A DNA stretch of 64,000 nt from Bryobacteraceae bacterium (GTDB lineage: Bacteria; Acidobacteriota; Terriglobia; Bryobacterales; Bryobacteraceae): assembly GCA_036498815.1 (NCBI GenBank), contig DASYET010000028.1, forward strand, positions 241-64,240, written 5' to 3'. This document shows positions 55,697 through 64,000 of this stretch, piece after piece. Below the pieces are notes generated by a model that was given only the letters and a program-made list of their open reading frames with translations, was not told the origin of the DNA and ran no database searches. Position 1 is the stretch's first letter. Every line of letters begins with the position of its first letter. Made by a program: the position numbers and the translations under genes.

Positions 55697-56612
55697 GTGA
55701 AGGGGCCGGCAGCAGGACTTGGATCAGATCCTGCAACAGCGCGGATCGATACTCCGCGGGGACTTCAAAAATCGAATCGTCGAGGGGCGCGGTGGAGAGT
55801 TCGAGCAGATCGGTTTTGATTTCTTCCACGGGAATGGTGGGATCGGAGGGCGGCTCCACTTGCGCCAAGGCCGGGATGTAGACGGCGGCGGTCATCCGGA
55901 GCATTGAGTTCCCGGTGCCCGCCGTGAGTTCGGAAAGGGGCTTGCGCAGCTCGCCGAAGCCGGGCATCTGCAACAGCACCCGCTGGAGCGCCTGGGTGGG
56001 ATCGACCGCGCCTTTATCGCGCGCGGCGAGGGCGGCGAGTTGTTTGAGTCCGCTGACGCGGGCGATCTCGGCGGCGGGCGCGATCCAGCAATGCAGCTCC
56101 ATGCGCATGGCCGGGATGAAGGTTTGATCGACGGGCATTCCCAAAGAAAACGTGATGACGGATTCTTCCGCGCGGATGCCCTGGATCACGGCGGCGCGTC
56201 CGGTCTTTTTCGTCTGCGAGTCGAACTTCATGTTACGGAGAAGCTGTTGCGCCTCGGCGGGAATTCCTTGGGCGGCGGCTTGGGTAGCGGCGGCCATGCG
56301 ATCCAGGTATTCCGTGAGGGGGGCGGTGGCGAACTGTTTGGTTTTGGGGTTGAGCAGAGTGACTCGGCCGGTGGCGTAGTCGGTGATGGCGATCAAGGGC
56401 CCCGCGGAGCTGTAGGATTTATCGCCCTTCACGCGCACGACAATTTCCGAAGGAAGCGCGGAGGCGAGCTGGCTGTTGGTCTGTTCGGCGAGTTGCACGG
56501 GGAACGTGGGCCCCAGGGAGACGGACATGGAGCGGCGAATGGTGACGTCGGCTTGGAGGCCACGGCCCGCGCTAACGGCGAGAATCGCGGCGAGGACGAG
56601 GCGCCGGGGCAT
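55683..56612 (-). CDS. secreted hypothetical protein
   Basis: 309 aa. Signal peptide (LVLAAILAVSAGRGLQA). No motif recognised. It overlaps the zincin gene convergently by 14 nt. Confidence 0.75.
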   Translation of the reverse strand: MPRRLVLAAILAVSAGRGLQADVTIRRSMSVSLGPTFPVQLAEQTNSQLASALPSEIVVRVKGDKSYSSAGPLIAITDYATGRVTLLNPKTKQFATAPLTEYLDRMAAATQAAAQGIPAEAQQLLRNMKFDSQTKKTGRAAVIQGIRAEESVITFSLGMPVDQTFIPAMRMELHCWIAPAAEIARVSGLKQLAALAARDKGAVDPTQALQRVLLQMPGFGELRKPLSELTAGTGNSMLRMTAAVYIPALAQVEPPSDPTIPVEEIKTDLLELSTAPLDDSIFEVPAEYRSALLQDLIQVLLPAPSPTGR

Positions 56613-56705
56613 GGCCGAAGTCTAGCATAAGGCGCGGGAATCGGGCTCCGATGCGCCATATGGCCCATTTTTTTCCGCGCGGCCCGTTGTTCTCTTAGTG
56701 AATTT

Positions 56706-56721
56706 TGGCAGGCTGTTTGCA
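56706..56721 (+). promoter_or_regulatory. sigma-54-type -24/-12 element TGGCAG-N5-TTGCA
   Basis: TTGGCAGGCTGTTTGCA has GG and GC separated by exactly 10 nt. It ends 11 nt before the annotated ATG of the first hydrogenase gene. Confidence 0.35.
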
Positions 56722-56732
56722 CTACTCAGGAT

Positions 56733-57839
56733 ATGGACTCCGTGCGAATGGACGTTGCTGCCTTGGGGACTTTAGTACGCACGCTCGAAGAGCGAGGGTA
56801 TGAAGTGATCGCGCCGTCGATTCGCGAAGGGGCGATTTGTTACGGGCCGGTGACGTGTGTGGAGGATCTGCCGGCGGGGTGGACGGCGACGCAGGAACCG
56901 GGACGGTACCGGCTGGAGCGGCGGCAGGATGCGGCGCTGTTCGGCTACACGGTGGGTCCGAAGAGCTTGAAGGATTTCCTGTATCCCTCGGAGTTGAAGC
57001 TGCTGCGGGCGGAGAAAGCGGAGGGGCCGTTCCGGATTCTGGCGGATGCGGCACCCGCGCCCCGGCGGGCGTTTCTCGGGGTGCGTGCGTGCGAACTGGC
57101 GGCGGCGGGCGTGCAGGACCGGGTGCTGATGCAGGATCATTTTCGCGATCCTTCGTATGAGGCTCGGAGGCGGGGGAGTTTTCTGGTGGCGGTGCACTGC
57201 GCGGAGCCGGCGGGGACTTGCTTCTGCACCAGTTGGGACACGGGGCCGAGGGCTCGCGGCGGATTCGATCTGGCGTTGACGGAATTCGTCGGCGAGGGGC
57301 GTCACGAATTTCTGGTGGAGATCGGGACGGCGGAGGGTGCGGAGGTGATGGACGCGGTGTCGCATACGGCGGCTCCGGCGGCGCTGCTGGATGAATCGCA
57401 CGCGGTGACGGCGGAAGCAGTGCGGAAGATGCCGCGGAAGTTGAACGTCGAAGGCCTGCGGGAGCGGCTCCGCGATCACTTCGAAGATCCGGGTTGGGAT
57501 GCGGTGGCCGAGCGGTGCCTGGCCTGCGGCAACTGCACGCAGGTGTGTCCGACGTGCTTCTGCACGAATGTGGAAGACACCAACGATTTGAAGGGTGAGG
57601 TGGCGGAGCGCAGCCGGCGCTGGGATTCCTGCTTCAGCCTGGAGATGTCGTACATCCACGGCGGGGAGGTACGGAAGTCCACCAAGTCGCGCTACCGGCA
57701 GTGGCTGACGCACAAACTTTCTTACTGGCACGATCAGTTCGGCACCTCGGGGTGCGTGGGCTGCGGGCGCTGCATTACGTGGTGTCCGGTGGGGATCGAC
57801 ATCACGCAAGAGGCCGCACGGATAGGGGAGAACGCATGA
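56733..57839 (+). CDS. hyhB: hydrogenase Fe-S subunit (HydB/HyhB, AsrA-like, 4Fe-4S dicluster)
   Basis: [16 protein letters not shown] and [17 protein letters not shown] ferredoxin motifs plus [12 protein letters not shown]. First gene of the operon. Confidence 0.88.
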   Translation: MDSVRMDVAALGTLVRTLEERGYEVIAPSIREGAICYGPVTCVEDLPAGWTATQEPGRYRLERRQDAALFGYTVGPKSLKDFLYPSELKLLRAEKAEGPFRILADAAPAPRRAFLGVRACELAAAGVQDRVLMQDHFRDPSYEARRRGSFLVAVHCAEPAGTCFCTSWDTGPRARGGFDLALTEFVGEGRHEFLVEIGTAEGAEVMDAVSHTAAPAALLDESHAVTAEAVRKMPRKLNVEGLRERLRDHFEDPGWDAVAERCLACGNCTQVCPTCFCTNVEDTNDLKGEVAERSRRWDSCFSLEMSYIHGGEVRKSTKSRYRQWLTHKLSYWHDQFGTSGCVGCGRCITWCPVGIDITQEAARIGENA

Positions 57840-58312
57840 TTTCCGAAGAGTTCTTGAAACGTCATCGCGCCGATGAGTGGCTGAGCCAGCTCTCCCGCGA
57901 ACATCTGAACAAACTGCTGCCGCTGGCGCAAGAAGCGCAGTTCAAGCGCGATCAAGTGCTGTTTCGCGAAGGCGGAAGATCGGAGAATCTGTACCTGGTG
58001 ATTTCCGGCACGGTGGCGCTGGAAGTGGTGGCCGCCGGACAGGCGATCCGGATTTCGACGCTGCATCCGGGGGATGTGCTGGGGTGGTCAGCGATTCGCG
58101 AAGCGGGGCACACGCGGTTTCAGGCGAAGGCCGTGGAACCGGTGACGGTACTGGCGTTTCCCGGCGACGCACTGCGCGACTTGTGCGAAAGCGATCCAGG
58201 CTTAGGCTATGCGCTGCTGAAGCAACTGCTGGAACTGGTGACGGAGCGCCTGGATGCGACGCGGTTCCAGTTGGTGGATATGTACTCGCAACGCGAGGGG
58301 CAGCGCGCATGA
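57836..58312 (+). CDS. cyclic-nucleotide-binding (CAP effector) domain protein, no DNA-binding domain
   Basis: 158 aa. The beta-roll region reads [24 protein letters not shown]...[12 protein letters not shown]...[16 protein letters not shown] overlaps at both ends (57836-57839 and 58309-58312). Confidence 0.85.
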   Translation: MISEEFLKRHRADEWLSQLSREHLNKLLPLAQEAQFKRDQVLFREGGRSENLYLVISGTVALEVVAAGQAIRISTLHPGDVLGWSAIREAGHTRFQAKAVEPVTVLAFPGDALRDLCESDPGLGYALLKQLLELVTERLDATRFQLVDMYSQREGQRA

Positions 58313-59178
58313 CGGCGGCCGGGCTTCCGCCTGTGGTGCCTCCCCTGGGAGCGGACGCGCTGTGTCCGCAAGTGACGGAGATCGTCGAGACCAGCCGGGA
58401 GACCGCGGATACGTTTACGCTGAGCGTGCGCGGGGTGGAGGGCGAGGCTCTGCCGGGGTTCCTGCCGGGACAGTTCAGCATGGTGTCGGCCTTCGGGGGA
58501 CGCGAAGTGCCGATCTCGATCAGCGGCGATCCGTCGGACCGGGAGCGGTTGACGTACACGATTCGTGCGGTGGGTGCGGCGACACGGACCATCACGGGGT
58601 TGCGCGCGGGCGGATATCTGGCGGTGCGCGGACCCTTTGGAACCAGCTGGCCGGTGGAGAAAGCGCGCGGGTCCGACGTGCTGCTGATGGCCGGCGGGAT
58701 TGGGCTGGCGCCGCTGCGGTCCGTGATCTATACGATCGCTCAGCAGCGCGAAGAGTATGGCCGGCTGACGGTGCTGTACGGGGCAAGGACGCCACAGGAG
58801 CGGCTGTTCGTGAAGGAACTTGCGGTATGGAAGAAGCTGCCCGATACGCAGATCCTGACGACGGTGGATTTCGGCGGATCGTCCTGGCGGGGATCGGTGG
58901 GAGTGGTGACGGAATTGGTCCGGTTGGCCGACTTGCGCCCGGAGCGGACGACGGTGATGATGTGCGGTCCGGAGATCATGATGCGATTCTCGGTGGGCAA
59001 GCTGAAGCAACGAAAGTTCGAGCTGGGGCGGATGTATCTTTCGCTGGAGCGGAACATGCGCTGCGCCGTGGGGTTCTGCGGGCACTGCCAGATGGGGCCT
59101 TACTTTATGTGCAAGGACGGACCGGTGTTCTGCTATCCGCAGGTGGCTCCGTTTGTGGAGGGTCGTCATGAGCTCTAA
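58309..59178 (+). CDS. hyhG: hydrogenase FAD/NAD(P)-binding [2Fe-2S] subunit (HydG/HyhG, AsrB-like)
   Basis: FNR-like fold (RLTYTIRAVGAATR, LLMAGGIGLAPL, MMCGPEIMM) and a C-terminal CAVGFCGHCQ...C cluster. Confidence 0.9.
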   Translation: MTAAGLPPVVPPLGADALCPQVTEIVETSRETADTFTLSVRGVEGEALPGFLPGQFSMVSAFGGREVPISISGDPSDRERLTYTIRAVGAATRTITGLRAGGYLAVRGPFGTSWPVEKARGSDVLLMAGGIGLAPLRSVIYTIAQQREEYGRLTVLYGARTPQERLFVKELAVWKKLPDTQILTTVDFGGSSWRGSVGVVTELVRLADLRPERTTVMMCGPEIMMRFSVGKLKQRKFELGRMYLSLERNMRCAVGFCGHCQMGPYFMCKDGPVFCYPQVAPFVEGRHEL

Positions 59179-59959
59179 ATCCGGTGGGTCGAAGCCCAAA
59201 ATCGGCGTCTTCAAATTCGCGTCTTGCGATGGATGCCAGTTGAGCGTGCTCGATCTCGAAGACGAATTGCTGGCCTTGGCGGGGGAGATCGATCTGGCGT
59301 ATTTCCCTGAAGCGTCCAGCATCATGCGTAAGGGGCCGTACGACATCAGCCTGGTGGAGGGCTCGGTCACGACGCATCATGACGCGGAGCGGATTCACCA
59401 GATCCGGCGGGAATCGAAGATGCTGGTGACGATCGGGGCGTGCGCGACGGCGGGTGGGATTCAGGCGCTGCGGAATTTTAACGACACCGAAAAATGGGTA
59501 GCGCACGTGTACGCGCGTCCGGAGTTCATCCACACGCTGCGGACGTCCACGCCGATCGCCGATCATGTACCGGTGGATTTCGAGCTGCGCGGGTGCCCGG
59601 TGAGTAAGGCGCAATTACTGGAGTTCTTCACCGCGGTTCTGGCGCAGCGTAAACCCAGTTTGCCGGGCGACAGCGTGTGCATGGAGTGCAAGCGCCGTGG
59701 GACGGTTTGCATCACGGTGGCGAAGGGCGTGGAGTGCTTGGGTCCGGTGACGCACGCGGGATGCGGCGCGATTTGTCCGGCCTACGGTCGCGGTTGCTAT
59801 GGATGCTTCGGTCCGGCAGAGACGCCCAACGCGATGATTCTGGCCGAGCATTTGCGGTCGCAAGGGACCGCGCAGAGTACGCTGGTGCGGTCGTTCCGGA
59901 CGTATAACGCGTGGGCCCCGCAATTCCGGCATGCGACGCGCACGGAGGAGCGGTCATGA
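59168..59959 (+). CDS. hyhS: [NiFe]-hydrogenase small subunit (group 3 type)
   Basis: [30 protein letters not shown] and a C-terminal Cys-rich region ([11 protein letters not shown]...[19 protein letters not shown]). Confidence 0.92.
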   Translation: MSSKSGGSKPKIGVFKFASCDGCQLSVLDLEDELLALAGEIDLAYFPEASSIMRKGPYDISLVEGSVTTHHDAERIHQIRRESKMLVTIGACATAGGIQALRNFNDTEKWVAHVYARPEFIHTLRTSTPIADHVPVDFELRGCPVSKAQLLEFFTAVLAQRKPSLPGDSVCMECKRRGTVCITVAKGVECLGPVTHAGCGAICPAYGRGCYGCFGPAETPNAMILAEHLRSQGTAQSTLVRSFRTYNAWAPQFRHATRTEERS

Positions 59960-61263
59960 GCGGCGCCAAAACCATCCGCGTGGATTACATGGCTCGCGTG
60001 GAGGGGGAAGCGTCCTTACTGGTGAAGGTGAAGGGCGGGGCAGTGCAGGACGTGAAGCTGAAAATCTTCGAGCCGCCGCGCTTGTTCGAAGCGCTGCTGC
60101 GGGGGCGGCATTATTCGGAGGCTCCGGATATCACGGCCCGGATCTGCGGGATCTGTCCGGTGGCGTACCAGATGACCAGCGTCCACGCGATCGAGAACGC
60201 GCTGGGCGTGACGATTCATCCGCAGGTGCGGCTGCTGCGGCGGCTGTTCTATACGGGGGAATGGCTGGAGAGCCATGCTCTGCACATTTACATGCTGCAT
60301 GCGCCGGACTTTCTGGGATGCCACAACGTGATGGAGGTGGCGCAGAAACATCCGGAAGTGGTGGCGGAGGCGTTGCGGCTGAAAAAGTTGGGCAACCGGA
60401 TCGTGTCGACCATTGGCGGGCGGGAAGTGCATCCGGTTTCGGTGTGCGTGGGCGGATTCTACAAGGTTCCGACGCGCGCGGATCTTCTGGCGCTGCGCGA
60501 AGAGCTGAAGTGGGCGCTGGATGTGGCGGCGGAGAAGGTTCGTTTCGTGGCGGGGTTCGAGTATCCGGATTTCGATCAGCCGTACGAGTTCGTCGCGCTG
60601 TCCCATCCAGACGAGTATCCGTTCAACGAAGGGCGGCTGGTGTCGAATCGCGGGCTGGACATCGAGGCATCCGAATACGAAGAGCACTTCGTCGAAAAAC
60701 ACGTGAAGCACACGCATGCGCTGCATTCGCAGATTCGGGCGCGCGGGTCGTATTTGACGGGTCCGCTGGCGCGGTTCAATCTGAATCATGAGAAGCTGCC
60801 GGCGGTGGCAAAGCAGGCAGCGGAGGCAGCGGGGTTGCGGGCGCCGTGTTTGAATCCGTTCCGCAGCTTAGTGGTGCGGGCGGTGGAGATGGTGTTCGCG
60901 ATTGAAGAGGCGCTGCGCGTGATCGACGTTTACGAGCCGCCTCCGGCGCCGCATCTCGACTTACCGCGGCGAGGCGGAGCGGGGTTCGCGATTACGGAGG
61001 CTCCGCGGGGGATCAATTACAACTACTATCGTTTCGACGACAAGGGGTTGATTGAGATCGCTCGGATTGTGCCGCCGACATCGCAGAACCAGAAGCAGAT
61101 CGAAGAGGATCTGGCGGCGTTCGTTCCGGGGTTGTTGGAACTGCCGCAGGCGGAGCTGACGCACAAGTGCGAGCAGGCGGTGCGGAATTACGATCCCTGC
61201 ATTTCGTGCGCGACACACTTCTTGACGGTCAAGGTGGAGAACGTAAAGGAAGACGCGTGCTGA
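59956..61263 (+). CDS. hyhL: [NiFe]-hydrogenase large subunit (group 3b-like)
   Basis: [26 protein letters not shown] (N-terminal Ni ligands) and DPCISCATH (C-terminal ligands), followed by a 14-aa cleavable extension. Confidence 0.95.
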   Translation: MSGAKTIRVDYMARVEGEASLLVKVKGGAVQDVKLKIFEPPRLFEALLRGRHYSEAPDITARICGICPVAYQMTSVHAIENALGVTIHPQVRLLRRLFYTGEWLESHALHIYMLHAPDFLGCHNVMEVAQKHPEVVAEALRLKKLGNRIVSTIGGREVHPVSVCVGGFYKVPTRADLLALREELKWALDVAAEKVRFVAGFEYPDFDQPYEFVALSHPDEYPFNEGRLVSNRGLDIEASEYEEHFVEKHVKHTHALHSQIRARGSYLTGPLARFNLNHEKLPAVAKQAAEAAGLRAPCLNPFRSLVVRAVEMVFAIEEALRVIDVYEPPPAPHLDLPRRGGAGFAITEAPRGINYNYYRFDDKGLIEIARIVPPTSQNQKQIEEDLAAFVPGLLELPQAELTHKCEQAVRNYDPCISCATHFLTVKVENVKEDAC

Positions 61264-61721
61264 TCATCGGCTACGGCAACCTGGACCGGGGCGACGATGC
61301 GGCGGGGGTCCTCGCCGCTCTCTCGCTGCGGAATCGCGGAGTCCCCGCGATTTCGCATTCGGGCGATGGTCTGGTGCTGCTCGATCTGTGGGAGGCGGCG
61401 GATGTGGTCGTCATCGACGCGGTGCTGGGGATCGAGCCGGGATCGGTGAGGGTGTTCGACGGCGGCGAGATCGAGGCCGCGGCGGAAACATTTCCTTCCA
61501 CCCATGATTTTGGGCTGCGCGAGGCGGTGGGGTTGGGGCGGGCGCTGCATCGGATGCCGAGGCGGCTGACGATTTATGGGATCGGCGGCAGACAGTTTGA
61601 TCGCGGCGCGGCGCCGTCAATGGAAGTGCTGGCCGCGGTGGACCGGCTGGTCGAAGAGATTAGTGCGAAATTTCTTCTAGCGCCCGATTCCGCGTGCGCG
61701 GTCCAAACATTCCGATCGTAA
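61257..61721 (+). CDS. hydrogenase maturation endopeptidase
   Basis: GTG start overlapping hyhL by 7 nt. [15 protein letters not shown] signature and STHDFGL (metal-ligand His). 154 aa. Confidence 0.85.
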   Translation: MLIIGYGNLDRGDDAAGVLAALSLRNRGVPAISHSGDGLVLLDLWEAADVVVIDAVLGIEPGSVRVFDGGEIEAAAETFPSTHDFGLREAVGLGRALHRMPRRLTIYGIGGRQFDRGAAPSMEVLAAVDRLVEEISAKFLLAPDSACAVQTFRS

Positions 61722-63039
61722 GGGTCATCACAACCATCGCTCCGGCGATGAACAATGATACGGCAGGGGCGCCGCCGCGCCGCAGGAAGAAGCTGATCAT
61801 CAGGGATGCGGTCGCCGCGCTGACGCGGCTCCAGCTATAGACGAAGCCCACGGCACGGGCCCGGATGCGTGTGGGGAACACTTCCCCTTGATAGTTGTGG
61901 AAGGCGAACGACATCCAGTTGTTCGCCATCGTGACCAGGACCCCGAAGGCGATTACCAGCATCGGGTCCGCCTGCTGGGCGAACAGGTAAATGAAAATGC
62001 CGATGCTGACGCCGGCGGAGACGATTTGCCACTTGCGCTCCATGCGGTCGGCGACGAGCATTCCGAGCAGAGGGCCGACGGGGTTCGCGATGGCGATGAT
62101 GAAGGCGTACTTCAGGCTCTTCGTAATCAGGATGCCTTTCGAGATGAGCAGCGTGGGAACCCAGGAGCCGAAGCCGTAAAACGCGACCGTCTGCATCAGA
62201 TTGAAGACGGAGAGCACCAGCGTGGTCTTGCCGTTCGGTGCGCGGAAGATTTCGGCGAAGCTGCTGTTCGCGTGGATGACGGCGGGCGGCGGGCCTGGCT
62301 CGGGCAGCGGCTTTCCGGTATCGCGTTGGACGGCGGCTTCCAGGCGTTTCACGATTCGCTCTGCCTCTTCCATGCGGCCGTGCAGCGAGAGCCAGCGCGG
62401 GCTTTCGGGGATTCCGAAGCGCAGAGCCCAGGCGACCAGAGCGCCCACGGCTCCGATGAGTGCGACCCAGCGCCAGCCTTCGAGTCCCAGGGGGTGCTGC
62501 GGGACCAGCAGCCATCCGAGGAATGCGACGAAGGGTACGGCGCAGAATTCCACGGCTTGATAGAAGGCGAACGCGCGTCCGCGGCCCTGCGGCGGGATTA
62601 GTTCGGGCAAAAACGTATCGATGGTGACTTGTTCCAGGCCCACGCCGATGCCCGCGATGAAGCGCCAGAAGTCGATGCCGGCGGCGGTGTGCTGGAATGC
62701 CATGATCGCGGTGCAGACGGAGTACCAGAGCAGCGAGACCAGAAAAATGGAGCGGCGGCCCAAGCGGTCCGCGATGAAGCCGAATCCCATGCAGCCCAGA
62801 AACATTCCCGCGAAGTTGCAACTGGTGAAAAAGCCGATGGAGTTGTGGGCGAAGAAATCGGGCGCGGTGGAGACGAAGAGTCCGCCGGCGGTGAGGCCGG
62901 GCGCAATGTAGGTGCTGAGAAAAATGTCGTAGAGTTCGAACGCACCGCCCAACGAAATCAGCAGCGCGAGCCGCCACAGGGTGCGGGAGAAGGGCAGGCG
63001 GTCCAGCCGCGCTGCAATTTGACCGGCAGTCGAAGACAC
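61660..63039 (-). CDS. MFS transporter (metabolite/sugar:H+ symporter-like)
   Basis: 459 aa with 12 TM helices. The MFS loop motif GFIADRLGRRS lies between TM2 and TM3, and PESPRWL follows TM6. Confidence 0.9.
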   Translation of the reverse strand: MSSTAGQIAARLDRLPFSRTLWRLALLISLGGAFELYDIFLSTYIAPGLTAGGLFVSTAPDFFAHNSIGFFTSCNFAGMFLGCMGFGFIADRLGRRSIFLVSLLWYSVCTAIMAFQHTAAGIDFWRFIAGIGVGLEQVTIDTFLPELIPPQGRGRAFAFYQAVEFCAVPFVAFLGWLLVPQHPLGLEGWRWVALIGAVGALVAWALRFGIPESPRWLSLHGRMEEAERIVKRLEAAVQRDTGKPLPEPGPPPAVIHANSSFAEIFRAPNGKTTLVLSVFNLMQTVAFYGFGSWVPTLLISKGILITKSLKYAFIIAIANPVGPLLGMLVADRMERKWQIVSAGVSIGIFIYLFAQQADPMLVIAFGVLVTMANNWMSFAFHNYQGEVFPTRIRARAVGFVYSWSRVSAATASLMISFFLRRGGAPAVSLFIAGAMVVMTLTIGMFGPRTRNRALEEISH

Positions 63040-63046
63040 TCGTGGA

Positions 63047-64000
63047 TCAGTGTATGTTACGGAGAATCGCCTGCGCTACACGGTCGCCCATCTCGGTGGT
63101 GCCGATGCGGTGCGTGCCGGGCTCGAAGATGTCGGCGGTGCGGTAGCCTTCGCGCAGAACGGAGCGCACGGCGGCCTCGATCGCGGCGGCTTCGGGTTCG
63201 AGGTCGAACGACATGCGGAGCATCATGGCGACGGAAAGAATCGACGCGAAGGGGTTCGCGATGTCCTTGCCCGCGATGTCAGGCGCGGTGCCGTGGACCG
63301 GTTCGTACAATCCCTTTTTGCCTTCGGCGAGTGAGGCAGAGGGAAGCATGCCGATGGAGCCGGTGAGCATGGCGGCTTCGTCGGAGAGAATGTCACCAAA
63401 GATATTGCCGGCGACCATGACGTCGAATTGCTTCGGATTGCGGATCAGCATCATCGCGGCGGCGTCGACGAACAGATGTGTGAGCTCGACGTCGGGATAC
63501 TCGATACTGACGCGGATCATGACTTCGCGCCAGAGTGCACTAGTCTCGAGCACATTGGCTTTATCGACGGAACAAACTTTGCGGCGGCGCTGCCGGGCGG
63601 TGCGGAACGCGACATGGGCGATGCGCTCCACCTCCGGCTCGGTGTAGATCATGGTGTTAAATCCGCGTCCGCGCGGCTCGCCGTAATAGATGTCGCCGTT
63701 GAGCTCGCGGAGGATCATGAGATCAAGGCCTTCGACTACCTCGGGCTTCAATGTGGAGGCTCCGATCAGTTCGGGGTACAGAAATGCAGGGCGCAAATTC
63801 GCGAAGAGGCCGAGGGCTTTGCGGAGCCGCAGGAGTCCGCGGCCGGCGGCGACTGCTGGATCGCGGCGTTCGTCTTCGGGAACGCCGGCGGCCCCGTGGA
63901 GGATGGCATCGCACTCGCGGCAGAGGTCGAGTGTCGCGGCGGGCAGAGGATCGCCCGCGGCTTCGTAGCCCGCGCCTCCGATGGGCGCTTCGTGCAACGA
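63047..64000 (-). CDS. leuB: 3-isopropylmalate dehydrogenase (5' end outside the window)
   Basis: [67 protein letters not shown] and [13 protein letters not shown] are collinear with E. coli LeuB. The reading frame stays open to the window edge. Confidence 0.93.
   Translation of the reverse strand, partial: SLHEAPIGGAGYEAAGDPLPAATLDLCRECDAILHGAAGVPEDERRDPAVAAGRGLLRLRKALGLFANLRPAFLYPELIGASTLKPEVVEGLDLMILRELNGDIYYGEPRGRGFNTMIYTEPEVERIAHVAFRTARQRRRKVCSVDKANVLETSALWREVMIRVSIEYPDVELTHLFVDAAAMMLIRNPKQFDVMVAGNIFGDILSDEAAMLTGSIGMLPSASLAEGKKGLYEPVHGTAPDIAGKDIANPFASILSVAMMLRMSFDLEPEAAAIEAAVRSVLREGYRTADIFEPGTHRIGTTEMGDRVAQAILRNIH

Noticed and set aside
59980-60010. Large-subunit N-terminal ARVEGE instead of the RxEGH motif common in [NiFe]-hydrogenases
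   Set aside because: I considered this a possible anomaly. As far as I recall, group 3b enzymes such as P. furiosus HydA also lack the His here (RVEGK), so it supports the 3b assignment rather than being unusual. A proper alignment should confirm this.

Overview
Visibly GC-rich bacterial chromosomal window (GC not computed). I call 67 densely packed protein-coding genes. I saw no rRNA, tRNA, CRISPR array, transposase or integrase. Three PEP-CTERM-tailed proteins, three ECF sigma/zinc anti-sigma pairs, many secreted hypotheticals and bacillithiol genes suggest an Acidobacteria-like soil bacterium; this is inference only. Most of the window is housekeeping: ubiX, nuoI, apbC, yajQ, bamD, rpe, rsmB, ppiB, uppP, ftsK, thrS, addAB, erpA, murQ, murA, der, typA and a partial leuB. 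Recognisable modules are the imuA-imuB-dnaE2 SOS mutagenesis cassette (17293-22182), bshB-bshA (23178-25131), vapBC (25632-26275), and a six-gene group-3b-type [NiFe]-hydrogenase operon (56733-61721) with a cNMP-binding-domain ORF translationally coupled between two subunits. The least explained region is 3.7-7.5 kb. It holds a CI/LexA-like HTH repressor whose S24 domain seems to lack both catalytic residues, then a strongly SD-led 64-aa secreted Cys/Trp/Tyr-rich mini-protein, a polytopic membrane protein, and three more unrecognised proteins. Other direct observations: a radical-SAM gene whose CxxxCxxC motif lies upstream of the only ATG; a 46-nt decayed copy of a hydrolase gene 3' end flanking a PEP-CTERM gene; perfect palindromes upstream of the HTH and vapB genes; a sigma-54-like -24/-12 element before the hydrogenase; a G-quadruplex motif; and a structured 335-bp gene-free spacer. 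All functional calls come from motif recognition by eye. No database search was run, and many long antisense ORFs in the track are GC-driven shadows.
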